Positions 56,040-64,000 of a stretch of DNA of 64,000 nucleotides are shown in pieces; positions within the stretch are counted from its first letter, which is position 1, and every line of letters starts with the position of its first letter. The notes beneath the pieces were generated by a model. The model was not told the DNA's origin, ran no database searches, and was given only the letters and a program-made list of their open reading frames with translations. The stretch is from an uncultured Gammaproteobacteria bacterium (lineage in GTDB: Bacteria > Patescibacteriota > Microgenomatia > Levybacterales > UBA12049): assembly GCA_964562445.1 (NCBI GenBank), contig CAZLSZ010000004.1, forward strand, positions 448 through 64,447, in the 5' to 3' direction. The position numbers and the translations under genes were made by a program.

Positions 56040-57316
56040 TCCAGTATTATCTTTGCAGCTTTTTGTCCTAATTCCACTGCATAATTCGTCCCACGATCCC
56101 AAGGATATACCTGCTGCATATTTGCGAGGTATACATGCGGTAATGGCGTGTGTATAGGTGGGATCATTTTTGAATAATTAGTCGGAATGACGGGTTGTGC
56201 AAAAGGAGATTTGAATAGCTCGTACCCGATAAGATTTTTTCGATAATCAGGATTGAGTTTCTTGAGGAACGGATCAAAGAGTGTTAATTTTTCTTTCTTA
56301 CCCATAAGATAATGCGGATCATCTGTTTCATAATAATTGCCCAGATACAGTAGATGTTCATCATTATAATATTTTTTATCCATAAAATTGGTATGCTCTA
56401 CCACTCCCATCACAGGTGAGGTTGTATCACAGATACTCAGCCAGTATGTGTTATTTGGAAAAAAAGGTTTTTTTAAACGAAGAATAAGGTTTGTTGCTCC
56501 GAGATTTTTTAACCGACGAAATTTATCTCTATATGTTTGAGGAAGTTGGGGTGCGATTTTTAGAAAGAGAGAAGAAGAAAGAGTAAAGAGTACTTTGTCG
56601 AATTTCGCGGTTTTATACTGATTGTTATTACGTTTATATTTTATTGATACTTCATGGTTATCTTTCACTTCTATAATTTCTGCATTAAGAGTAACTTCTC
56701 CTCCCATTGTTTCAATTTCCGTAACAAGGTGATGCATAAATGCCATAAATCCACCTTCAGGATAGGCCAGCGATGGGGTCCGTTTTGCAAGTCGTGCCCA
56801 TAACCACGCAAGTGATACATCCTCCGCGTGTTTTCCGAATTTGTTGATAAATTGAGGCTCCCAAATCATCTTGTATGCTTTTTCTCCCATTGTTTTTGGC
56901 AAAAAAGTACTTGCATTAAAACGTTCAAGGGGTTTCCAGAAAGGGTTATATCGTATGAGTCCGGCAACTGCTGCCATGCGGAAACGCTCTCCAAATGAGA
57001 GTTTGGGAAAACGTAGTACTTCTCGGGGGGAATCAAACTGAAAAATTTCTCCATCCACGTATACGGAGGATTTTGGTCTTTTGATAAGGACATTGTGTCC
57101 GATTTCTTTTGCTAACTGGAGAACATGTCTGTCATTGGTAAACCAATGATGATAATGTGCTTCCATAGACCAATCCCATGTCTTTTCGTGATACCCCAGC
57201 GCAAGTCCTCCCGGTTGAGGTTCTTTTTCAAAGACAGCTACATCATGTCCTTCTTTTGCTAATGTATACGCGGCGCTCAGTCCTGTAAATCCCGCGCCGA
57301 TTATTGCAATCTTCAT
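56036..57316 (-). CDS. FAD/NAD(P)-binding oxidoreductase (amine-oxidase/GR2 Rossmann family; UDP-galactopyranose-mutase-like HxFxTND motif)
   Basis: The N-terminus is MKIAIIGAGFTGLSAAYTLAKEGHDVAVFEKE. AHYHHWFTND resembles the UGM motif GAHIFHTND. Confidence 0.55.
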   Translation of the reverse strand: MKIAIIGAGFTGLSAAYTLAKEGHDVAVFEKEPQPGGLALGYHEKTWDWSMEAHYHHWFTNDRHVLQLAKEIGHNVLIKRPKSSVYVDGEIFQFDSPREVLRFPKLSFGERFRMAAVAGLIRYNPFWKPLERFNASTFLPKTMGEKAYKMIWEPQFINKFGKHAEDVSLAWLWARLAKRTPSLAYPEGGFMAFMHHLVTEIETMGGEVTLNAEIIEVKDNHEVSIKYKRNNNQYKTAKFDKVLFTLSSSLFLKIAPQLPQTYRDKFRRLKNLGATNLILRLKKPFFPNNTYWLSICDTTSPVMGVVEHTNFMDKKYYNDEHLLYLGNYYETDDPHYLMGKKEKLTLFDPFLKKLNPDYRKNLIGYELFKSPFAQPVIPTNYSKMIPPIHTPLPHVYLANMQQVYPWDRGTNYAVELGQKAAKIILE

Positions 57317-57337
57317 CGTATATTTGTGATTTTCTTA

Positions 57338-58726
57338 TTATATAGCAGTAAAGAGAAAGAGCAAGGTGCCAACACCTAATGCGGTAATTGCACCGATAAA
57401 ACCATTCAGGAAGATCGAGCTACCTGTCGGTTGTATATCATTTCCTTGATTTGCCGGAGGTGATGCAATAGGCGATGGTTCAAATGTCGGGCTTGGAATG
57501 GCAGAAGGAGATGCCGTAGGTGATGGCAGTACGAACGGTGTAGGTGTTATGGTGGGTGGCGGGGGTGTTGCTGACGCGCTTGCAACTGGTATGACCGAAG
57601 GTTCGATAAATTGACTTCCTTCAGCATAAACGGTAAATGATCTTGTAATGGTCTGTTGGATACCCTGTGCATCAATAGAAGCAATAGTAATGGTATGATT
57701 ACCCGGTTCAAGCGCCATGGGCGGTCTAAACTCCCAACGTCCTTCATTATCACTTTGCAGCTTCACAGCTATTTCCTGCTGAGAATTAATGATGAGTTCT
57801 ATATCAGTATTTGGCAGCGCTTTCCCTTTAAATAATGGCTGATCATCTTTAAATTCTTGTTTGTCTCTCGGGGTGGCGATCTCAGGTGATGATACTGGCG
57901 CTGCGGGCTCCTCTGGTGGGAAACTGGCAGCATTACTTGCGTTATTTATATCCGTAAGTGCAGCCGATTCATCAGGGCTGATGGTAAAATCATAATTTTG
58001 CGAAAGAACTATGGGTGGAATTTCTTGTATTTGTTTCGCTGCAATTTTTGCGGTTGACTGCAAGGAGCCTGTTTGTATATCTAACGTAAGTATAGATTCA
58101 GGTGTTAAATGAATAAACGATTGCAGATCTGTAGATCGCAATTGCGTGAGGGGGATAGTATATGATCCGTCTTGTTGGATGAGTGCGGTACATTTCTGTG
58201 TGCCTTCTCCATTTATCGTTACAATTCCTTCGGTGGGTAATGTCCCGTCAGCATATGACACTCTTCCTGTTAGCGTACCATTTTCTTGAGGAGGATTTGC
58301 CATGGTGTTGGGTGTAAAAACTTGATATGGTGTCCCATTATTTGTGCCGATTTCCTCTCCGGATGCGACGGTAAAATAGTATTTTGTGCCCGGTTGTAGA
58401 TTATTGACAGTGACATAATGTACCATACGTTCTCCATTCATCTCTTTTCCGTCTCTTATATCAAATGCTATTTGATCTCGGGAAGGCTGTGTGCCGTAGG
58501 AAACCATACCTTTTACCCGTTCATCCGTCTGATAAGAGACAGTAAATGAGTTTTCTGTAATGTTACTGACAAGCACATTTTTAGGAACGCTGCCGATGGT
58601 TGCTTTACTGACATTTATAAAGGAGCTTCTGCTGAGCGTAACAGTAATCCCTATGGCAATGAGCATGACCAATAATCCTGCATAGGTAGGTAGACGTCTA
58701 TTTAATAGTGAGTTATTATTTCTCAT
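57338..58726 (-). CDS. Surface protein: signal anchor, FN3/Ig-like domains, Pro/Thr/Ser-rich linker, C-terminal TM anchor
   Basis: An FN3-like segment reads NSFTVSYQT...TKYYFTVAS. The linker is PPPPTITPTPFVLPSPTASPSAIPSPTFEPSPIASPP, followed by a C-terminal hydrophobic helix. Confidence 0.4.
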   Translation of the reverse strand: MRNNNSLLNRRLPTYAGLLVMLIAIGITVTLSRSSFINVSKATIGSVPKNVLVSNITENSFTVSYQTDERVKGMVSYGTQPSRDQIAFDIRDGKEMNGERMVHYVTVNNLQPGTKYYFTVASGEEIGTNNGTPYQVFTPNTMANPPQENGTLTGRVSYADGTLPTEGIVTINGEGTQKCTALIQQDGSYTIPLTQLRSTDLQSFIHLTPESILTLDIQTGSLQSTAKIAAKQIQEIPPIVLSQNYDFTISPDESAALTDINNASNAASFPPEEPAAPVSSPEIATPRDKQEFKDDQPLFKGKALPNTDIELIINSQQEIAVKLQSDNEGRWEFRPPMALEPGNHTITIASIDAQGIQQTITRSFTVYAEGSQFIEPSVIPVASASATPPPPTITPTPFVLPSPTASPSAIPSPTFEPSPIASPPANQGNDIQPTGSSIFLNGFIGAITALGVGTLLFLFTAI

Positions 58727-59049
58727 GGTGTTACTTGTTTTGTCGGCATAATTGTCTGTTCTGGGCGTGGAGAACTTGATGGTTCAGTAACGTTTCGTAG
58801 CGGAGTAGGCTGCACATTCCCTGTTTTTTCATAGAGAGGATCCACCCGAAGTCGATTTTTTGTTTGGTGTATTGTTTGGGTATCAAAAGCGCCATTTATC
58901 GGTTCAAGATGCAGTTGAATTTCTTCTTCAATAGTTGATGTCACCAATACATGATGAATATTAAATCCTATCCACACAAGTACAACAATAAATGATGAAA
59001 TAATGATAAATAAAATATCTTTTTGAAAATTTGATTTTTTGTGTCTCAT
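58723..59049 (-). CDS. Small membrane-anchored protein (PilP position)
   Basis: A 108-aa protein with an N-terminal TM helix and a Pro-rich tail. Confidence 0.3.
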   Translation of the reverse strand: MRHKKSNFQKDILFIIISSFIVVLVWIGFNIHHVLVTSTIEEEIQLHLEPINGAFDTQTIHQTKNRLRVDPLYEKTGNVQPTPLRNVTEPSSSPRPEQTIMPTKQVTP

Positions 59050-59051
59050 AT

Positions 59052-59672
59052 TTATGGTAAAAAGTATTGTCTCCCTCTGATCGTCAGAACTAAATTATTT
59101 TCTCGAATATCCCTTCCTATACTCATAGATTCTATCGTAACGATTCTACTTAGTTTAGCAAGGTCATGTGAGAACGTAAGCATTTGGTCATAATTCCCTG
59201 TGGTTTGTAATGTGAAAATAAATGAGGTCGGTTTTCTGGCTATATTTTTCTCTTTCATCAATTCTACCTGCGCGACACGATATGATTCTACGGATAGATT
59301 ATGTTTTTTTATAAGCGCAGCAATTTGTGCGCTAAGAAGCGGCGCTTCTGCTGTCTTGGGGATTGCGTCATAAACATATTTCAAATCAGGTTCAATTTCA
59401 GAATATTGTTGGTGGAGATTACTCATATTTTGCGTTTTTTCTTGCAGTTGTTTTGATACCTGTTTATTTTCCTCTAGCTCTTTTTGTAATTTTATTATTG
59501 TCGTTATTGTAGGATTAATAGCAAATAGTCCGAAAAAAGCTAATGCGCCGAATGTTAACGCGATATAGATAAACATTGTGGCGTTTTCTTTCTCTTGGGG
59601 AGGAAGCAGCTTCAGATATTCGCGATATTTTGCCAGTGATAATTGTTGATTGGTTGGTTTCGGTAATTTCAT
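59052..59672 (-). CDS. pilO: Type IV pilus assembly protein PilO-like
   Basis: A TM helix, a coiled coil and a periplasmic domain of about 100 aa. It lies immediately downstream of the PilN-like gene. Confidence 0.5.
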   Translation of the reverse strand: MKLPKPTNQQLSLAKYREYLKLLPPQEKENATMFIYIALTFGALAFFGLFAINPTITTIIKLQKELEENKQVSKQLQEKTQNMSNLHQQYSEIEPDLKYVYDAIPKTAEAPLLSAQIAALIKKHNLSVESYRVAQVELMKEKNIARKPTSFIFTLQTTGNYDQMLTFSHDLAKLSRIVTIESMSIGRDIRENNLVLTIRGRQYFLP

Positions 59673-59673
59673 A

Positions 59674-60288
59674 TTAATTCATATTGAGATCCTGCTGGGT
59701 GTCTCTGTCGGTATCACGTTGATTATTCTCTGGGGTGGATTTATCATATGCTGCCTTTTCCAATGTTGCCGTAATAGAAACTGTAATCATTCCTTTGGAT
59801 GTCTCATTTTCTACCTTGTCTATGGATACTGATGTAACTGATGGTTGGTTCTTAAGAGATGCGGTGAATTGTGATAGCGCGGAGGATGATATCGCCTGAG
59901 CTTCTATTTTGACAGTATCCGGTCCTACCGTAAGATTTTTGAATGTTATATTGCCCCGTCCGAGATTGGCGATATCAGTAAAGAGCGTAGGCGTCCTGCT
60001 GCCGAGTGTTTTATATTTTTCGATGAGTTCCAAGCGTGTATGAAGATTTCGGAAATTTTCTTCGGCAGGCTTCATTTGCGTAAGCATAGCTGCATCACGT
60101 TTTATTTTGTCATGTAAGTCGACAATTTGCATGTCAAGGCTAAATCGGGATAAAAAGGTTGCTAACGCGACAAATTCAGTGAGAATAATGAGTAATCGAC
60201 CAATGCTGATTGTCCAATTAAAAAAATGCGTAAAGAAGCTTTCGCCTTTTTTTGGTAATAAATTAATCGATGGGACAGTTCCTTCCAT
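59674..60288 (-). CDS. pilN: Type IV pilus assembly protein PilN-like
   Basis: The N-terminal INLLP motif is followed by a TM helix and a coiled coil. No pilM is adjacent. Confidence 0.6.
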   Translation of the reverse strand: MEGTVPSINLLPKKGESFFTHFFNWTISIGRLLIILTEFVALATFLSRFSLDMQIVDLHDKIKRDAAMLTQMKPAEENFRNLHTRLELIEKYKTLGSRTPTLFTDIANLGRGNITFKNLTVGPDTVKIEAQAISSSALSQFTASLKNQPSVTSVSIDKVENETSKGMITVSITATLEKAAYDKSTPENNQRDTDRDTQQDLNMN

Positions 60289-60403
60289 AACAAGTATACC
60301 GTTATTAATACAATACGGCTTAATTTTAGTGTATGGGTTTTAGTAGGAAAAGTCAAAGAAAAACACATATTTAGATGCGTAAAATGTATGTTAATATAAG
60401 ACA

Positions 60404-61627
60404 GTGAAAACAATACGGACGATAATTAATCTCTGTATATTACTTGCAATATACTATCTTGTTTACGGAATATATATGGGGGTACAGACACGCCTGCCGC
60501 AAGACAGTGATAGCTGGGATTACCATATCCCAATTGCTGAGAGTATTATACGAGGGGATGTTTTTCAAAGTCCGAAGATGTGGGATCTCCAAAGTATACG
60601 CCCGAATACGGGAAAAGTTGTACAGTATATTCCGCAGTGGCATTATCCGGCTTCATCTGAGATTATCAATGCACTCTTTGTTTTTGCTAAATTTCCTACT
60701 GTAGCTAATATTTTTGCCTCACTTATTCTTTTCTCTGTGTTGTTCCGTCTTGGACGGGTATATAAATTACCCAAAGAGTACGCGTTATTATATGCTCTCA
60801 CGTTTTGCACTACGACAATTATCCTTCGTTGGTTCAATGTGGTAAGTGTTGATGTATGGGTGGGAGTATGGTTTGGGTTGTTACTTCTACTTTTGGAAAG
60901 GCCGCAAAAAACAATACGATATTTTGTCATTCTCGGCATTGTTGGCGGCATGCTTATTGGCTCCAAGTATCCGGGTGTTTATTATTTTGTTATTCTTTTG
61001 GGCGCGTATATTTTTCGTCTCCGAGCATATGTCTCGATGAAAAGGGTAGTGAGTTTTATGCTGCCATTTTTAGTATTTGGAGGGATATGGTATGTCCGGA
61101 ATTATCTCTATACAAACAATCCTTTTTATCCTATTCCGTTATTAGGTTTTCCTGGATTTGATATCTATGGCGGGAAGAATGCGTTTGATATTTGGTTGAC
61201 ACACCCAATAGGTCAATTTAATGCAGGATTTGGAGAGTATAAAATTTGGTTTTTTTCTGTATTTGTTGCTATCGGATATATCGTTTATAAATACTTGATA
61301 AAAAGGCATCTTACCTATGATTCTATTGCGCGATTATTTTTGATTGGAATATGTAGTTACGTTGTTTATCTGCTTTCTCCTTGCAGTCCAGAGCCTTGGA
61401 TAATGGTATCAAGCTATAGATACTCATATCCGGCTTTTATGGTATTTATTCTCGGTATTTTCTTATTAGCCGCAAAGTATAAAAAAGGGGAATTATTAGG
61501 CTATATTTCTTTTATTAATATGCTCAGCGTATTAAGTATGGCGTATTATCCGAAATTATTATTTTTTTATATGCCACTTGGCCTTCTCATCATGTTTTTT
61601 ATTGATAAACGATGGGGAAGGGTATAA
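60404..61627 (+). CDS. Polytopic membrane protein, GT-C-like candidate (paralog family A)
   Basis: The first loop carries QDSDSWDYHIPIAESIIRG (DxD...W.YH...E.I.RG). Confidence 0.4.
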   Translation: MKTIRTIINLCILLAIYYLVYGIYMGVQTRLPQDSDSWDYHIPIAESIIRGDVFQSPKMWDLQSIRPNTGKVVQYIPQWHYPASSEIINALFVFAKFPTVANIFASLILFSVLFRLGRVYKLPKEYALLYALTFCTTTIILRWFNVVSVDVWVGVWFGLLLLLLERPQKTIRYFVILGIVGGMLIGSKYPGVYYFVILLGAYIFRLRAYVSMKRVVSFMLPFLVFGGIWYVRNYLYTNNPFYPIPLLGFPGFDIYGGKNAFDIWLTHPIGQFNAGFGEYKIWFFSVFVAIGYIVYKYLIKRHLTYDSIARLFLIGICSYVVYLLSPCSPEPWIMVSSYRYSYPAFMVFILGIFLLAAKYKKGELLGYISFINMLSVLSMAYYPKLLFFYMPLGLLIMFFIDKRWGRV

Positions 61628-61664
61628 GGATTTGTAATTTCATCTAGTCAACATCCGGAATATA

Positions 61665-61706
61665 TGTTATAATTTTTTCAGTCCTGCAATGCAGGATACT
61701 TTTTTT
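61665..61706 (+). promoter_or_regulatory. Extended -10 promoter (TGTTATAAT) followed by 5'-proximal hairpin (GTCCTGC-aat-GCAGGAT) and U7 before fusA
   Basis: TGnTATAAT lies at 61665-61673 and the hairpin at 61681-61697. TTTTTTT at 61700-61706 is followed by the ATG at 61715. Confidence 0.4.
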
Positions 61707-61714
61707 CTTAACCT

Positions 61715-63853
61715 ATGGCTGATAACAATAAGCGAAATATGCCTCTTGATCGTATCCGAAATATCGGAATTATTGCGCATATCGACGCAGGGAAAACCAC
61801 CACGACAGAACGAATTCTTTTTTATACCGGACGTACATATAAATTAGGAGATATTGATTCCGGGAATACGCAGATGGACTGGATGAAACAAGAGCAGGAG
61901 AGAGGAATCACGATCGTTTCTGCTGCCACCACGGCATTTTGGACGCCGACAATGGGCCCAAATGAAGGTGTTGAGTATCGTATCAATATCATTGATACTC
62001 CGGGCCACGTAGACTTTACGGCTGAGGTAGAGCGTTCCCTTCGTGTGCTGGACGGCGGTATTACTGTTCTTGACGCTGAAGAAGGTGTACAGTCTCAGTC
62101 AGAGACAGTATGGCGTCAGGCAGACAAATACAGTGTCCCGCGTCTCTGTTTTGTAAACAAGATGGATAAAATGGGTGCGGATTTTCTCCATACCGTGAAG
62201 ACAGTTGAGGATAGACTTGGCGCGAATCCTGCTATTATGGTTCTTCCGATTGGTGCTGAAAGTTCTTATGTAGGGAATGTCGATTTACTTACCCGTAAAT
62301 CCTTTATCTATGGTTCTGATCAGCAAGGTGCGAAATATGAAGTAAAAGATGAAGTTCCTGAAGATATGAAGGAACAGGTTGAAGAATACCGCAATAAATT
62401 GATTGAGAAAATTGCCGAAACTGATGATGCACTTCTTGAAAAGTATCTCAACGGCGAAGAGCCGACACTCGAAGAACTGCGAAAAGCCCTCCGTGCTGCC
62501 GTCATTGCGTATAAATTGGTACCGATGTATGCAGGCACCTCTCTCCGCAATAAAGGTGTTCAGCCGCTGTTGGACGCAATTGTTGATTATCTCCCATCGC
62601 CGCAGGATTTAGCATCCGTAAAAGGTGTCAACCCAAAGACAGAAGCTGAAGAAGTACGCCAGCTCACCAAAGAAGAGTCATTTGCAGGTTTGGCATTTAA
62701 GATACAGAATGATCCGCATGTCGGTAAAATTACGTATTTCCGCGTGTATTCAGGGAAGCTTGAGGCTGGATCATATGTGTATAATGCTAACAAAGGATTA
62801 AAAGAACGTATCGGTCGTCTGCTTCTTATGCACGCGAATGACCGCGAAGAGATTAAAGAAGCATATAGCGGTGAGATTGTGGCTATCATCGGCTTGAAAG
62901 ATACCATCACAGGCGATACGCTTTGTGATGAAGCAAAGCCGATTATTCTGGAGCAAATTACCTTCCCGGAGCCGGTTATTTCACTTGCTATTGAACCGAA
63001 GACAAAGACTGATCAGGAGAAGCTCGGGTACGCGCTTAAGAGACTTCAAGAGGAAGATCCTACATTTACCGTGAAAACGAACCATGAAACAGGCCAGACA
63101 ATTATTTCCGGAATAGGGGAGTTGCAACTGGAAATTATGGTGGATCGTATGAAACAGGAGTTTAGTGTGGATGCGAATGTCGGTGCACCACAGGTAGCGT
63201 ACAAAGAAGCTATTGAGCGTGAAGCAGAAGCAGAAGGGAAGTACATCAAACAGTCCGGAGGTAGGGGACAGTATGGTCATTGTTTCCTCAGAATTGAACC
63301 GAAGGAAAGGGGAGAAGGGTATGAATTTGTCGATGCGATCAAAGGAGGAGCAATTCCTGCTGAATTTGTAAAGGCGGTAGAGAAGGGGGTAAAAGAGACG
63401 CTTTCCAATGGTGTTCTCCTCGGATTCCCGCTTATTGATATCAAAGTTACTTGCTATGATGGATCTTATCATGATGTCGACTCGAGTGAGGTGGCCTTTA
63501 AGATCGCGGCAAGTCAGGCTATTCAAGCAGCTTCCAAGAAAGCAGGCATTACGCTTCTTGAGCCTATTATGAAAGTTGAAGTCACCACGCCGAGTGAATA
63601 TATGGGTGAAGTTATCGGCGATTTGTCTTCGAAACGTGCGCAGATCAGCGGATCTGAAGAGCGGGGGAATACGACAATTATTCTCGCGCAGGTACCTCTG
63701 TCAGAACTCTCCGGATACGCGACTCAGCTTCGAAGTCTTACCAAGGGTCGCGCAAGTTATTATATGGAACCGTCACGGTATGAATATGTTCCGAAAAATA
63801 TTGTTGACGGCATGCTTGCAAAGTCCACATTTACGGGTCGGGTTGAACAGTAA
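61715..63853 (+). CDS. fusA: Translation elongation factor G
   Basis: The G-domain AHIDAGKTTTTERIL is present, and the protein is 712 aa. It is not preceded by rpsL or rpsG. Confidence 0.9.
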   Translation: MADNNKRNMPLDRIRNIGIIAHIDAGKTTTTERILFYTGRTYKLGDIDSGNTQMDWMKQEQERGITIVSAATTAFWTPTMGPNEGVEYRINIIDTPGHVDFTAEVERSLRVLDGGITVLDAEEGVQSQSETVWRQADKYSVPRLCFVNKMDKMGADFLHTVKTVEDRLGANPAIMVLPIGAESSYVGNVDLLTRKSFIYGSDQQGAKYEVKDEVPEDMKEQVEEYRNKLIEKIAETDDALLEKYLNGEEPTLEELRKALRAAVIAYKLVPMYAGTSLRNKGVQPLLDAIVDYLPSPQDLASVKGVNPKTEAEEVRQLTKEESFAGLAFKIQNDPHVGKITYFRVYSGKLEAGSYVYNANKGLKERIGRLLLMHANDREEIKEAYSGEIVAIIGLKDTITGDTLCDEAKPIILEQITFPEPVISLAIEPKTKTDQEKLGYALKRLQEEDPTFTVKTNHETGQTIISGIGELQLEIMVDRMKQEFSVDANVGAPQVAYKEAIEREAEAEGKYIKQSGGRGQYGHCFLRIEPKERGEGYEFVDAIKGGAIPAEFVKAVEKGVKETLSNGVLLGFPLIDIKVTCYDGSYHDVDSSEVAFKIAASQAIQAASKKAGITLLEPIMKVEVTTPSEYMGEVIGDLSSKRAQISGSEERGNTTIILAQVPLSELSGYATQLRSLTKGRASYYMEPSRYEYVPKNIVDGMLAKSTFTGRVEQ

Positions 63854-64000
63854 AGTAGAGGAGAGGCCTATATTTTATATCCCATAGTATAACTATATCA
63901 AACTGATCACTTTTCACGGGATTAAAAGCGTGTTTTCACGGAATACTGGCGAAAACATCCTATAGATGCTAAATGTAACCATGGATAGGCCTGTATAACA

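Noticed and set aside
1-64000. CRISPR arrays, rRNA, tRNA, IS elements or transposases
   Set aside because: No direct-repeat/spacer periodicity was found. No transposase-like or integrase-like ORFs were found. No rRNA or tRNA signatures were found by eye.

Overview
This is an AT-rich, gene-dense bacterial window of about 70 protein genes and no rRNA, tRNA or CRISPR. By inference it comes from a small-genome, monoderm-like lineage. The inference rests on four observations: class A PBP, LCP, FemAB and type IV pilus PilN/PilO genes with no outer-membrane genes; frequent ATGA and TGATG stop/start overlaps; many -10 boxes 5-9 nt from the start codon, suggesting leaderless mRNAs; and several housekeeping proteins shortened (ClpB without its N-domain, short UvrD). 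A candidate-phyla-radiation-like organism is plausible but unproven. The housekeeping genes recognised are smpB, rpiB, rpe, PBP1A, gap, an archaeal-type cytidylate kinase, nrdR-nrdJ, trpS, tpiA, uvrD/pcrA, clpB, rnhA, mutY-like, mscS, corA and fusA. The modules worth a second look are listed here in window order. (1) A B12-centred operon, nrdR - class II AdoCbl ribonucleotide reductase - candidate cobalamin riboswitch/terminator - secreted DUF4430-like protein - ECF S-component-like permease - PduO-type adenosyltransferase. (2) A type-IV-secretion-style P-loop ATPase cluster with uncharacterised partners. (3) A TrpR-like regulator with ACTAGT operator half-sites in a leaderless promoter, then a two-structure attenuator, a translationally coupled ATP-grasp-like/AstE-AspA pair, and trpS. 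(4) A CIRCE-like inverted repeat and a 28-codon upstream ORF in front of an N-domain-less clpB. (5) A nickel superoxide dismutase pair, sodN-sodX. (6) A roughly 9.5 kb same-strand block joining pilN/pilO, a Pro/Thr-rich surface FN3 protein, an FAD oxidoreductase and several GT-C/GT39-like membrane glycosyltransferases, a candidate surface-protein or pilus glycosylation system. A recurring hairpin plus U-tract placed directly against the next start codon is also reported. Every functional call comes from reading motifs in the translated ORFs and the DNA, with no database search.
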